55,712 bases of DNA. Origin: an uncultured SAR324 cluster bacterium. Lineage in GTDB: Bacteria; SAR324; NAC60-12. A program made the position numbers and the translations under genes. Shown here one piece after another: positions 40,695 through 52,334 of the stretch. The notes under the pieces were generated by a model. The model had not been told where the DNA came from. It did not search any database and saw nothing but the letters and a program-made list of their open reading frames with translations. Location: positions 1 through 55,712 of the forward strand of contig CACIWU010000003.1 of assembly GCA_902590435.1 (NCBI GenBank), written 5' to 3'. Positions within the stretch are counted from its first letter, which is position 1; each line of letters begins with the position of its first letter.

Positions 40695-41453
40695 TTAATT
40701 CCTACCAATATTAATACGTTGCCAAATAAACTCTGCAATATGCAAATGATTCATTATCTTTCCTGAATGTTTTATTGCTCCAGAAATATTCAACAAACAA
40801 CCACAATCTCCTCCAAGTAAAATACTTGCTTCAGTTTTTGAAATATAATCTACTTTATCTTTGACCATTGCAGCAGAAATATGTTTTTCTTTAATGGAAA
40901 ATGAACCTCCAAATCCGCAACATTCATCTTCTCTTTCAAGATCAACCAATTCAACATTTCTTAGTTGTCGTAGTAACTGTTTTGGTGAATCTCCAATTTC
41001 CATTTCCCTCTTAGCATGACAAGAGGATTGCCATGTAACTTTAACCGGCTCACCGAGGTCTTCTAATTTTATTTTAAGAACATTAACTAAAAATTCTGTT
41101 AATTCAAAAGTGCGATCTGCCATTGATTTTGCCTCTTTTTCCAGAATATCGTTTTTAAATAATTCAGGAAAATTATTACGAATCATTGCCCCACAGGAAC
41201 CCGAAGGAATTATTATAGGTATATCTTTGGAAAACAAACCAACTTGATGGGAAGCTACTTTAATAGATTCCATACGAAATCCTGAATTAAAAGCAGGCTG
41301 ACCACAACAGGTTTGACTTGGGGGGAAAATAACTTCTAGCCCTTCTCGTTGCAAAATTTTTATACCAGCAAGGCCTGCATCTGGATAAAGGAGATCCATC
41401 AAACAAGTACCATAATAATAAACTGATTTGGGTTTATTTGGATATTTTTTCAA
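40695..41453 (-). CDS. lutA: LutA/LldE-like two-CCG-domain Fe-S protein
   Basis: YGTCLMD..YP, QTCCGQPAFNSG, PSGSCGAM, SSCHAKRE, CCGFGGSF and GDCGCLLNI motifs. Confidence 0.87.
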   Translation of the reverse strand: MKKYPNKPKSVYYYGTCLMDLLYPDAGLAGIKILQREGLEVIFPPSQTCCGQPAFNSGFRMESIKVASHQVGLFSKDIPIIIPSGSCGAMIRNNFPELFKNDILEKEAKSMADRTFELTEFLVNVLKIKLEDLGEPVKVTWQSSCHAKREMEIGDSPKQLLRQLRNVELVDLEREDECCGFGGSFSIKEKHISAAMVKDKVDYISKTEASILLGGDCGCLLNISGAIKHSGKIMNHLHIAEFIWQRINIGRN

Positions 41454-41494
41454 ATCTTAAATAGAATTCAAAATGTTATTTAATGAGATTATTA

Positions 41495-42199
41495 CTAAAG
41501 ATTTTTGTTCTTCCTCCATCCAATTGGACGTCCTTTTTTCAAGGGGCGAAATCTATAACCTGTCTGTTTTTCAATGCTAACTTTAAACGTTTCTTCTCCA
41601 ATAGCCAATCCTTTATTTGTACTTTTTCTAATTTCATTAATTGTCTCTTCACTGTTTTTTCCCTTACAAAATAAACGATAATTTTCTGATCTTTCTTCTT
41701 TTGTATCACCAAGGCTCAAATATTGATCATGAGGCTTGCAAAGAGCAGAAGATTTACCATTTGCATTAATAAGATAACTTGACCACTTGTATTCACTAGC
41801 TTGACCAGTTAATTCTAATCTTACTGGATTCATTTCAATATACTTATATACTTCAAGTAGGTAATTTTCTGATTGGACTATACATGATCTAAAACGACCT
41901 TCCCAAAGAGTTCCAGTTCGTTTATTTTGTTGATTAAAAAATCGAACATATTGCCGGCCAATTGCCTGAATCATTCTACTTAAACCTCCTTCCACTTTTT
42001 GTGTGCATAACAAATGAATGTGATTTTCGAGTAAAACCCATGCATGAATATCTACAAGATATTTTTCAGAATACTCTCTGAGCCACCACAAATATACCGA
42101 GTAATCAACTGATGAATTAAAACAAGCTTGACGATTGTTTGATCTAATTAAAACATGTATTGCATAATTGATCGGTAATACTCTCTTTAAACGTGCCAT
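41495..42199 (-). mobile_element. REP-associated-type HUH tyrosine transposase (Y1_Tnp/IS200 superfamily)
   Basis: MARLKR, HVLIRSNNRQACF, HUH motif ENHIHLL, RTGTLWEGRFRS, YIEMNPVR and YKWSSY. The ORF is intact. Confidence 0.9.
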
Positions 42200-42475
42200 T
42201 ATTTACTAAAAAAATATTAATAAAGAAAAAATATGCATTTTAATTTAACTCTGACCCTAAATATTTTATGCAATATACAATCCGATTAATAAATTATTAA
42301 TCCAAATATTATATTTTTATTAATTCCAATCCTTTTTCAACAATATCATCTGATTTAAAACATATCTTTTTTACAATACAAAATGCAGGAACAAAAACAG
42401 TGTGTTCCATTTTCATTGATTCAATCTCTAATAATTATTCAACTTGAACACATTATTTTTTTAATTTTAAGTTTA

Positions 42476-43789
42476 TTAGAAAAAATCTGCTGCTTTCTTT
42501 AAGGCCCTTTCAGCATACCAAGATTTTCTTTCAGTTTTGCTCATATTTTTTTCGGGTGGAACAAACAAACCAAAATTAGCATTCATCGGTTGGAATGTAT
42601 TAGAATCTGATTTTGTAATATATTTAAGAAGTGCCCCCATCATTGTATCAGGTGAAGGCGTACTTACTTTTCGTTTTTCTAAAATAGCTGAAATTTGTCT
42701 CGCAGCAATAATGCCCATGGCAGTAGATTCCATATAACCTTCAACACCTGTTATTTGTCCCGCGAAAAATACTTTAGAATTTGATTTAAGTCTTAACTGA
42801 GAATTAAGTAAAACAGGGCTATTCAAAAAAGTATTTCGATGGACAGAACCAAGTCTTACAAACTCTGCGTTTTCGAGACCAGGAATCATTTTAAATATAT
42901 TTTTTTGCGCACCCCATGTCATTTTAGTTTGAAAACCAACCATATTGTACAAACTTCCAACAATATTTTCCTGTCTAAGCTGAACTACTGCATGGAAATG
43001 ATCGCCTGTTTTAGGATGTTCCAAACCAACTGGCTTCATAGGTCCAAATCTTAAAGTGTCGGGACCCCTTTGAATCAAAGTTTCAATGGGTAAACACCCC
43101 TCAAATGGACGCAAATCCTCAAAATGATGAAGATCGGCTTTTTCGGCATCCTTTACAGCTTCTATAAAATTATGGTATTGTTCGCTGTCCATTGGACAGT
43201 TAATGTAATCATCCCCGCCCTTTCCATATCGTGAGGCCCGAAATGCTATGTTCATATTAATAGATTCTTCAGTAACAACTGGAGAAATTGCATCATAAAA
43301 TGATAAATATTTTTCACCTAAGAAATCTTGAAGAGATAAATAGAACGCATCTGATGTAAGCGGCCCAGTTGCAATAATCAAATAAGAATACGAATTAATG
43401 ATCTCTTCAACACTAGTAACTTCTTTATTGCAGAAAGTAATTAGAGGATGATTTTTTACTTTTTCTGATACGCTCTTAGCAAAAAGTTCTCTGTCAATAG
43501 CCATTGCTTGTCCGGCAGGTACAGAAAATTTCTCTCCTGTTTGTAAAATCATTGATTTAAGTAATACCATTTCTGATTTAAGCAATCCATGAGCATTTTC
43601 TATTGAACGACTTTTAAATGAATTACTACATACTAGCTCAGCACACATTCCAGTCTTGTGGGCAGGAGTCATAAGAGTAGGACGCATTTCAAAAAGGATT
43701 ACAGAATGGCCTCTCTCGGCCAACTGCCATGCAGCTTCTGATCCTGCCAAACCTGCTCCAACTATTGCAACAATAGGCTCTACCTTCAT
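42476..43789 (-). CDS. trmFO: tRNA (uracil-5-)-methyltransferase, FAD/folate-dependent
   Basis: GAGLAGSEAAWQ, AELVCSNS, IATGPLT, FEGCLPIE, GPMKPVGL, VQLRQE and AGQITGVEGYMES motifs. Confidence 0.98.
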   Translation of the reverse strand: MKVEPIVAIVGAGLAGSEAAWQLAERGHSVILFEMRPTLMTPAHKTGMCAELVCSNSFKSRSIENAHGLLKSEMVLLKSMILQTGEKFSVPAGQAMAIDRELFAKSVSEKVKNHPLITFCNKEVTSVEEIINSYSYLIIATGPLTSDAFYLSLQDFLGEKYLSFYDAISPVVTEESINMNIAFRASRYGKGGDDYINCPMDSEQYHNFIEAVKDAEKADLHHFEDLRPFEGCLPIETLIQRGPDTLRFGPMKPVGLEHPKTGDHFHAVVQLRQENIVGSLYNMVGFQTKMTWGAQKNIFKMIPGLENAEFVRLGSVHRNTFLNSPVLLNSQLRLKSNSKVFFAGQITGVEGYMESTAMGIIAARQISAILEKRKVSTPSPDTMMGALLKYITKSDSNTFQPMNANFGLFVPPEKNMSKTERKSWYAERALKKAADFF

Positions 43790-43994
43790 AAACTAATTCA
43801 TCAATTAATTTAGATTACAGAGAAATATAGATCATTTTTTTCAAGTCTCAAATTTTCCATATTTTAAAGTTAAAGTCAAAAAAGTTTTGAAGGATAAGAT
43901 TAATTTCAAGCTGAGTAAAGAACAAGTTTACTCGGTAGCTTCATTAAAATTTTTTTGTTATGCTTAAATACTAAACAAAAATATGGATTGAAGG

Positions 43995-45092
43995 ATGAAT
44001 CTACCTGGAAGATACTGGCAAAGACTGAATGATGGACGAATACAGTGTGAAATTTGTCCAAGGCTATGTAAATTACACAATGGACAGCGTGGACTATGCT
44101 TTGTTAGGCAGGCTTTAGAAAATCAAATTTTCCTTACAACTTATGGACGTTCAAGTGGTTTCTGTATTGATCCAATAGAAAAAAAACCTCTTAACCATTT
44201 TCTACCTGGGACTCCAATTTTATCTTTTGGGACTGCAGGATGCAATCTAACCTGCAAATTTTGTCAAAACTGGGACATTAGTAAATCCCGAGAATTTGAC
44301 AAACTCTCTGAAGTGGCTAGCCCTGAAATGATTGCTGAAGCCGCAAAATCAAATGGGTGCAGAAGTATTGCCTTCACTTACAATGACCCTGTGATATTTT
44401 TGGAATATGCAGTAGATGTTGCTAACGCTTGTCGTGAACTTGAAATTAAAACTGTAGCCGTCACAGCTGGTTATATTCAACCTAAAGCCCGTATAGAATT
44501 TTTTAATAATATTGATGCAGCAAATATAGACTTAAAGTCTTTCAATCAAAAATTTTATAAGAAAATTTGTGGAGGAGAACTCAACGCTGTTTTGGATACA
44601 CTTAAATATTTAAAGAATGAAACTAACATTTGGTTTGAAATTACAACTTTGCTAATTCCGGATGAAAACGATTCCCCAAAAGAAATAAGTTCAATGACTG
44701 AATGGATTTTAGAGCATTTAGGCCCAAATATTCCTCTGCATTTTTCAGCGTTTCACCCAGATTGGAAAATGCAAGATTACAAAATAACCCCGCATTATAC
44801 ATTAACTCGATCAAGGGAAATTGCTTTAGCCAATGGACTTCGTAATGTATACGTCGGGAATGTTCATGATAAATCTGGATCCAGCACTTACTGCTATAAT
44901 TGCGAAAAATTATTAATTGGAAGGGATTGGTATGAATTAAATGATTGGAATCTAAATGAAAATGGAGATTGTCAATACTGTGGAACTAGATGCTCAGGCA
45001 TCTTTGAAAAATTACCAGGTAAATGGGGTTCGAAGAGGATACCTGTAAAAATCCAAAATAATAGTTACTCTGTAAATGCCCAAGCACCATAA
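43995..45092 (+). CDS. amrS: AmmeMemoRadiSam system radical SAM enzyme
   Basis: CEICPRLC..GLCFVR, DPIEKKPLNHF, GCNLTCKFCQNWDIS, AFTYNDP, AFHPD and C-terminal CYNC..CQYCG. Confidence 0.95.
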   Translation: MNLPGRYWQRLNDGRIQCEICPRLCKLHNGQRGLCFVRQALENQIFLTTYGRSSGFCIDPIEKKPLNHFLPGTPILSFGTAGCNLTCKFCQNWDISKSREFDKLSEVASPEMIAEAAKSNGCRSIAFTYNDPVIFLEYAVDVANACRELEIKTVAVTAGYIQPKARIEFFNNIDAANIDLKSFNQKFYKKICGGELNAVLDTLKYLKNETNIWFEITTLLIPDENDSPKEISSMTEWILEHLGPNIPLHFSAFHPDWKMQDYKITPHYTLTRSREIALANGLRNVYVGNVHDKSGSSTYCYNCEKLLIGRDWYELNDWNLNENGDCQYCGTRCSGIFEKLPGKWGSKRIPVKIQNNSYSVNAQAP

Positions 45093-45904
45093 CCAACAAC
45101 ACGTTGTCTATCTCCAGAAGTATCTCCGGAATTACAAAGTCCAAGACGATAAACATCCCATTCTTTTTTTTTGGCAACAGACAAAAATCCCCTTAATGGA
45201 TAAACTCCGCACGCATCTTCGGAATAAAGATTTTCCAACTCCAAATGTTCGATAGCACATGCTGTACGCAGGTCATTTGTGGTGGCAGTTTCATAATCAT
45301 TAAAATGACTAAGATCTGTGCTTATAACAATAAGCGTTTCTTCATCTTCAATGAATTGATTTATTACTTCAGCAATTTGTTCCGGTTTTGTCTCTCCAAC
45401 TACCATCGGAATAAGCACAAAATCCTCCAGAGTTTCCTGCAAAAAAGGCAATTGTACCTCTATGCAATGTTCTTGAGAATGTGCTTCTTCGTTTACAGAA
45501 ACCCATGGTAATTTTTTCACAATTTTTTTCATTAATATTTTATCCAATTTAATTTTACCTAGAGGAGTTTCAAAAATTTCTGAACTTGGAAAAGCTGCTC
45601 CACTTATCCAAACACGATGTGCTGGACCTAATATTAAAACACGCTTATACTTTTTCCTATTTTGTAAAAGTAATCGATAGGCACAAGCAGCTATTTCACC
45701 AGAATAGATGTAACCCGCATGAGGAACTATCAACGCTCTAATATCTGAAATAACGTCGTTATTTTGAGCAGAAACATTTTTTTCACTTATGCTTCCATTC
45801 AAATAACTACGCACCTCATATCTGAGTTCTTCTAAATCTCCTGGATAAAACATAGATGCTACTGCAGGATGCCTTGTCCTTTTTTGTGAAAGATCTTTAT
45901 CCAT
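45065..45904 (-). CDS. amrB: AmmeMemoRadiSam system protein B (MEMO1 family)
   Basis: PAVASMFYP, VPHAGYIYSG, GPAH, EHCIEVQLPFLQ, STDLSHF and VVGYGA motifs. Confidence 0.95.
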   Translation of the reverse strand: MDKDLSQKRTRHPAVASMFYPGDLEELRYEVRSYLNGSISEKNVSAQNNDVISDIRALIVPHAGYIYSGEIAACAYRLLLQNRKKYKRVLILGPAHRVWISGAAFPSSEIFETPLGKIKLDKILMKKIVKKLPWVSVNEEAHSQEHCIEVQLPFLQETLEDFVLIPMVVGETKPEQIAEVINQFIEDEETLIVISTDLSHFNDYETATTNDLRTACAIEHLELENLYSEDACGVYPLRGFLSVAKKKEWDVYRLGLCNSGDTSGDRQRVVGYGAWAFTE

Positions 45905-45932
45905 ATTTTTTTATAACTAATCCATAATTTTT

Positions 45933-46706
45933 TTAATATCCGAAATGCTTAATCTCTTCTCCTTTCTCTTCTATATCAGACATAGCCTGAATTCCCATTT
46001 CTAAGTGCATGTCAACATACTTAGCAGTAACTTTCTTATCAAGTTCTTGAGTTTTAACCCCTTCTGGCATGAGAGGCATATCTGAGACAAGTAAAATAGC
46101 TCCTCGGGATATTTTGTTTGCATGCCCTACAATAAACAGAGTTGCGGTTTCCATATCAATTCCTATTGCAGAAAGATTTATCAGTTTTTTGCGAAACTTG
46201 GTGTCCCACTCCCAAACACGACGATTAGTAGTATAAATTACCCCTGTTCGGTATTCCTGCCCATAATCCAATAAGGTGTCGGACACAAATTTATGTAGCT
46301 TAAATGATGGTAAAGCTGGTACTTCTGGAGGAAGGTAATCGTTACTAGTACCTTCTCCACGAATTGCTGCAATTGGCAAAATATACCTTCCAATTTCTGC
46401 AGATTGTTTTAAACCTCCACATTTCCCTAAAAACAAAACACCTTTAGGATTACATGCCGTTAGTAAATCCATTATAGTTGCAGCATTTGCTGAACCTATC
46501 CCAAAATTTATGATGCTCAAACCATTCCTGTTAGTAGATGTCTGCATTGGACATCCTAATCCCTTTATCTCACAATCGAAAAGAATAGAAAACTTTGTAA
46601 TATAATTACTGAAATTTGTAAGCAAAATATATTCACCAAAATCTGCAATCTCTGTCCCTGTATATCTTGGTAACCAATCTCTTGCTATATCAATTTTACT
46701 TTTCAT
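45933..46706 (-). CDS. amn: AMP nucleosidase, short PNP/UDP-phosphorylase-family type
   Basis: DWLPRYTG, YILLTNF, INFGIGSANAATIMDLL, AAIRGEGTS, YTTNRRVWE and DMETAT motifs. Confidence 0.9.
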   Translation of the reverse strand: MKSKIDIARDWLPRYTGTEIADFGEYILLTNFSNYITKFSILFDCEIKGLGCPMQTSTNRNGLSIINFGIGSANAATIMDLLTACNPKGVLFLGKCGGLKQSAEIGRYILPIAAIRGEGTSNDYLPPEVPALPSFKLHKFVSDTLLDYGQEYRTGVIYTTNRRVWEWDTKFRKKLINLSAIGIDMETATLFIVGHANKISRGAILLVSDMPLMPEGVKTQELDKKVTAKYVDMHLEMGIQAMSDIEEKGEEIKHFGY

Positions 46707-46940
46707 AAATCTATTTTGATATTTCTAAAATAACTATCTACATATTTAAAACTCTACAATCGCTATATTAAGTATAAAACAAAAAGTTTCCAGAAAATAG
46801 TTTAGAAACAAATATTTAACAAATGTGATTTAAAATTATTTCTAATTGGAGATAAATTAAAAAATAATAAATAATTTTTTATTTTTAATTTCTTATATTT
46901 AAAAATTCGGAAGATAAAATTTAACTTAAAGAGGATAATT

Positions 46941-46972
46941 TGAAACGGAAGCATCTTAAAAAGATGCTTCCG
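46941..46972 (-). terminator. Probable intrinsic terminator downstream of the pyrimidine ABC operon
   Basis: Perfect 12-bp inverted repeat CGGAAGCATCTT(46946-46957)-AAA-AAGATGCTTCCG(46961-46972), 22 nt past the SBP stop and followed by TTTC on the minus strand. The U-tract is short. Confidence 0.75.
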
Positions 46973-46994
46973 AAGCTATATTTTAATTTGAGAA

Positions 46995-47996
46995 TTACAT
47001 CGCATCCCAAATTTTGTGGCTCCATGCACCACTTGGTCTTTTTGTTATAACAGGATCAGAATCTGAAGCCATAAGTACTTTTACAGTTCTTTCATAGTCT
47101 GATGGTTTCAAATAACCTACACCCTGACCTTTGGAATAAAAACCAGCAATCAATTTGTTGATTTCTCCCATCATGCGTCTTTGATGTTTCTCAGTCTGCG
47201 CTCCAGTATCATCATTTTCAAGTACAATATCTGCTGCTGCATCTGGATTTTTTGCAGCAAATTCCCATCCTTTAATTGATGCTTTGAGAAAGCGAGCCAT
47301 TTTATTGACAAATGACGAATTACTAAGGTTTTTTTCTAAAACATATAAACCATCTTCCAAAGTTGCAACACCTTGATCTTCATATTTATAAACAACTAAT
47401 TCGGAAGGACTCAATCCTCCATCTACAACCTGCCAGTATTCATTGTAAGTCATAGTGGAAACACATTCTGCCTGTTTTTGAAAAATTGGATCCACATTAA
47501 ATCCTTGTTTCAGGACTTTTACACCATTAGATCCTCCTTTCGTAGGAATTCCTAGTTGACTCATCCAGCTTAAGAAAGGATATTCGTTCCCGTAGAACCA
47601 AACTCCTAGCGTTTTTCCACGAAAATCTGATGGGGATTTTATTCCACTATCCTTTCTACAAGTAAGCATCATTCCTGATCTATTGAAAATCTGTGCAATG
47701 TTAACAACTGGGGATCCCTTTTCTCTTGCAGCTAGGGCTGAAGGCATCCAATCTATTATCACATCGGCTCCTCCTCCTGCAAGAACCTGCTGGGGAGCAA
47801 TGTCAGGTCCACCTGGTTTAATTGTTACGCTTAATCCTTCGTCACTATAAAATCCTTTGTCCTTTGCCACATAATAGCCTGCAAACTGAGCTTGAGTAAC
47901 CCATTTTAACTGAATAGTTACTTTGTCAGCTGCATTTGCAGAAAATGTCATGCCTATTGCAAGCAATAGCATCAATATTATTTTTACAGTTTTCAT
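46995..47996 (-). CDS. ABC transporter substrate-binding protein (NMT1/THI5-like; likely pyrimidine)
   Basis: Signal peptide ANA-A, LKWVTQAQFAGYYVA, PGGPDIAPQQV and MTYNEYWQV. Lies in the pyd operon. Confidence 0.92.
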   Translation of the reverse strand: MKTVKIILMLLLAIGMTFSANAADKVTIQLKWVTQAQFAGYYVAKDKGFYSDEGLSVTIKPGGPDIAPQQVLAGGGADVIIDWMPSALAAREKGSPVVNIAQIFNRSGMMLTCRKDSGIKSPSDFRGKTLGVWFYGNEYPFLSWMSQLGIPTKGGSNGVKVLKQGFNVDPIFQKQAECVSTMTYNEYWQVVDGGLSPSELVVYKYEDQGVATLEDGLYVLEKNLSNSSFVNKMARFLKASIKGWEFAAKNPDAAADIVLENDDTGAQTEKHQRRMMGEINKLIAGFYSKGQGVGYLKPSDYERTVKVLMASDSDPVITKRPSGAWSHKIWDAM

Positions 47997-48055
47997 TTTT
48001 TATTCCCAAAATAATTATTGTTAAGCCAACTTTGTTTTCAATGATTTTAGAAAAC

Positions 48056-49171
48056 TTAACTGGCACGAAAAGATGGGTGCCATCCTGTGATCTGTCGTTC
48101 AATTAAAGCCAACAAAGCATAGAAAAATGACCCCGACAATGCTGCCACCGCTATGGAAGCCCACACGACGTCAACATTCATTCGACCGATTTCAGTAGAA
48201 ATACGAAATCCCATTCCTACAATCGGTGTTCCAAAAAACTCTGCTACAATAGCACCTATCAGTGCCAAAGTGGAGTTTATCTTTAATGCATTAAAAATAA
48301 AAGGTAGTGCATTTGGAAGACGTACCTTAAAAAGCATCTGCCAATAATTTGCAGCATATGAGTGCATCATGTCAAGTTCCATTCTCTCTGTAGATCTTAA
48401 ACCTGTAAGAGTGTTTACCAGCATAGGGAAAAATGTCATTAATATTACTACAGCCGCTTTTGAGTGCCAGTCGAAACCAAACCACATTACCATTATTGGA
48501 GCCACACCCACAATTGGTAATGCGCTCGCAAGGTTCCCTAAAGGTAACAATCCTCTTTGTAAAAATGGAACTTTTTCAACCAAAATAGCTACTGAAAAAC
48601 CCAAGAAACAACCAAAGAAAAAGCCTGCAAAAACTGCCTTCAAAAAAGTTTGCTGAAAATCAGCCCAAAGCATTTCGAGTGAATTCATAATTGCTACTCC
48701 AATCATAGATGGTGGTGGAAGCAAAACTTGAGGCACTTGAAATCCCACAGTCAACATTTCCCACAAAAAAAGCAACAAACCACCAAACATCACTGGTACA
48801 AGCAAATTGATAGTAATTGCAATTTTTTTGTTATACGTTGTGTCTATTTTTGACCAGTATCCCATTACTTGCCAAGCCAAAATCAATAGACTCAAAACAT
48901 AAATCCAAATTCCCCATGAGATATTTTTGGAGTTTTCATGAACACTTCCTAATGTTGCGAAAAAACCGGAAGTAATCATTAAACTGATAATAACTTTTCC
49001 AGAAATATGTTTAATTGTTTCACCACGGTAAAGAACAATTAAAGAAGCAATCACAGGAATAATTGCAAACAATGAAGTCCTAATGGAAAGCATCATCCAA
49101 TCCCTTGAAAAAAAAATCTGAATTAAAAAACACGTAATAAATATCTGGTAGGAATAGCCCGCAATTTTCAT
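48056..49171 (-). CDS. ABC transporter permease (with extra N-terminal TM segment)
   Basis: LLPPPS, ALPIVGVAP, RLPNALPFIF and IGAIVAEFFG motifs. ATGA overlap with the upstream permease. Confidence 0.92.
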   Translation of the reverse strand: MKIAGYSYQIFITCFLIQIFFSRDWMMLSIRTSLFAIIPVIASLIVLYRGETIKHISGKVIISLMITSGFFATLGSVHENSKNISWGIWIYVLSLLILAWQVMGYWSKIDTTYNKKIAITINLLVPVMFGGLLLFLWEMLTVGFQVPQVLLPPPSMIGVAIMNSLEMLWADFQQTFLKAVFAGFFFGCFLGFSVAILVEKVPFLQRGLLPLGNLASALPIVGVAPIMVMWFGFDWHSKAAVVILMTFFPMLVNTLTGLRSTERMELDMMHSYAANYWQMLFKVRLPNALPFIFNALKINSTLALIGAIVAEFFGTPIVGMGFRISTEIGRMNVDVVWASIAVAALSGSFFYALLALIERQITGWHPSFRAS

Positions 49172-50049
49172 ATCTCACTTCCCATTCTTTTTTTCACACT
49201 ACTCTCTAAGAATGTCATTAAAAATACTAACATTCCTGCCAGAAGAGAAGCGACTAGAAGTGCACTCCAGATTTGAACAGTTTGCCCATAATATGAACCC
49301 GTCAATAAACGAGCACCTAAACCTGCTCTAGCCCCAGCAGGTAATTCTCCTACTATGGCACCCACCAAACTTATAGCAATTGAAACCTTGAAACTCGCAA
49401 AAAGAAATGGAACCGAAGCTGGGCGACGTAATTTCCAAAATATTTGTGTTTTAGTTGCATTGTATGTTTTCATTAAATCAAGATGCATCAGATCCGGAGA
49501 GCGTAAACCCTTAACCATTCCTATCGCAATTGGGAAAAAACAAAGATACGCAGATATAATCGCCTTTGGCAATAGACCTGTTATTCCAAATGCACCTAAT
49601 ACTACAATTATCATCGGTGCTAATGCCAAAATAGGTATTGTTTGCGATGCAATTATCCAAGGCAAAACACTTTTATTAAGGGTTGGAACATGTACAATTC
49701 CAACAGCTAATAAAATTCCTAAAAAACTTCCCATCGCAAAACCAACTAATGTTGAAGAAATTGTGACCCAACTATGATATACAAGACTACGTTTGGAAGT
49801 TATTTTTTGATCAAAAATTGACTTTTTCATATCAAAAAAAATTTGGTGGGGAGCTGGCATAATAGGTCGTTTCATTGACCAAGAATCATTAACTAACTTA
49901 GAAAAATCCCACTCAACTTTCTTTCGCTCATATTTATCAATCAAAACATCTGAATTTAAATGGACTGAAGCCCCGTACCAAAAAACAGTTAAAAAAATCA
50001 ATACTGTCAAAATCGAAAAAAAAGATGAATTAAGTATCCGATTAATCAT
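49168..50049 (-). CDS. ABC transporter permease
   Basis: MPAPHQ, SQTIPILALAP, CFFP, GLRSP, VGAIVGELP and GLGARLLTGSYYGQT motifs. Confidence 0.92.
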   Translation of the reverse strand: MINRILNSSFFSILTVLIFLTVFWYGASVHLNSDVLIDKYERKKVEWDFSKLVNDSWSMKRPIMPAPHQIFFDMKKSIFDQKITSKRSLVYHSWVTISSTLVGFAMGSFLGILLAVGIVHVPTLNKSVLPWIIASQTIPILALAPMIIVVLGAFGITGLLPKAIISAYLCFFPIAIGMVKGLRSPDLMHLDLMKTYNATKTQIFWKLRRPASVPFLFASFKVSIAISLVGAIVGELPAGARAGLGARLLTGSYYGQTVQIWSALLVASLLAGMLVFLMTFLESSVKKRMGSEI

Positions 50050-50058
50050 AAAATTCTT

Positions 50059-50844
50059 TCAATCATAACTTTTCCCTCCACGTAATCCTACTCTTATCCT
50101 TTGAGATAATTCAAGAAATTCTTGAGTATCTCTCATCTCTAATGTCCGTTTATCAGGAAGAGGGCTACTAATTATATCTATTATCTTTCCAGGACGCGGA
50201 GACATAACAACAATTTTTGTTGAAAGATATGCAGCTTCAGGTATAGAGTGGGTCACAAAGACGACTGTCTTTTGAGTCTGCTCCCAAAGATTATGAAAAT
50301 GTTCATTCAACTGGTCTCGTACAATCTCATCTAGAGCTCCAAATGGTTCATCCATGAGTAACAGATCAGGATTGAATGTTAGCGCACGAGCAATAGAAAC
50401 TCTCTGCTGCATCCCACCTGACAATTGCCATGGGAATTTTTTTTCAAATCCTAATAGGTCTACCATTGCCAGCGCGTCTTTAGCTCTTTTGATTTGTTCA
50501 ATTTTTCCAATCCCCATGATCTCAAGTGGCAATTTAAGATTCCCCTCAACTGTTCTCCATGGGTAAAGAACAGGTGCCTGAAAAACATAGCCATAAGCTC
50601 TTTTTAGTCGCGCCTCCTCAGGAGACATACCATTTACTTTAATTTCTCCTCCAGTTGGTTTTTCAAGATCAGCTATCACTCTCATCAAAGTAGTTTTTCC
50701 ACATCCAGAAGGACCTATAAGAGAAACAAAATCACCTTTTTTAATCTCTAAATCAATCTCTGAAAGTGCATGAATAGGTGTATCTGCTGTTTGAAATACT
50801 AAATCAACTTTTTTGGCATCCACTACTGGGAAATTAGAACTCAT
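50059..50844 (-). CDS. ABC transporter ATP-binding protein (TauB/SsuB type)
   Basis: GPSGCGKT, LSGGMQQR, LLMDEPFGALD and VTHS motifs. Confidence 0.96.
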   Translation of the reverse strand: MSSNFPVVDAKKVDLVFQTADTPIHALSEIDLEIKKGDFVSLIGPSGCGKTTLMRVIADLEKPTGGEIKVNGMSPEEARLKRAYGYVFQAPVLYPWRTVEGNLKLPLEIMGIGKIEQIKRAKDALAMVDLLGFEKKFPWQLSGGMQQRVSIARALTFNPDLLLMDEPFGALDEIVRDQLNEHFHNLWEQTQKTVVFVTHSIPEAAYLSTKIVVMSPRPGKIIDIISSPLPDKRTLEMRDTQEFLELSQRIRVGLRGGKSYD

Positions 50845-50847
50845 GAT

Positions 50848-52323
<1,476 letters not shown>

Positions 52324-52334
52324 TCAATTTATAT

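Noticed and set aside
40676-40738. ORF-track N-terminal extension of the Ldh_2 gene
   Set aside because: It overlaps the lutA 3' end. A GGAGA RBS and the family N-terminus support ATG 40675.
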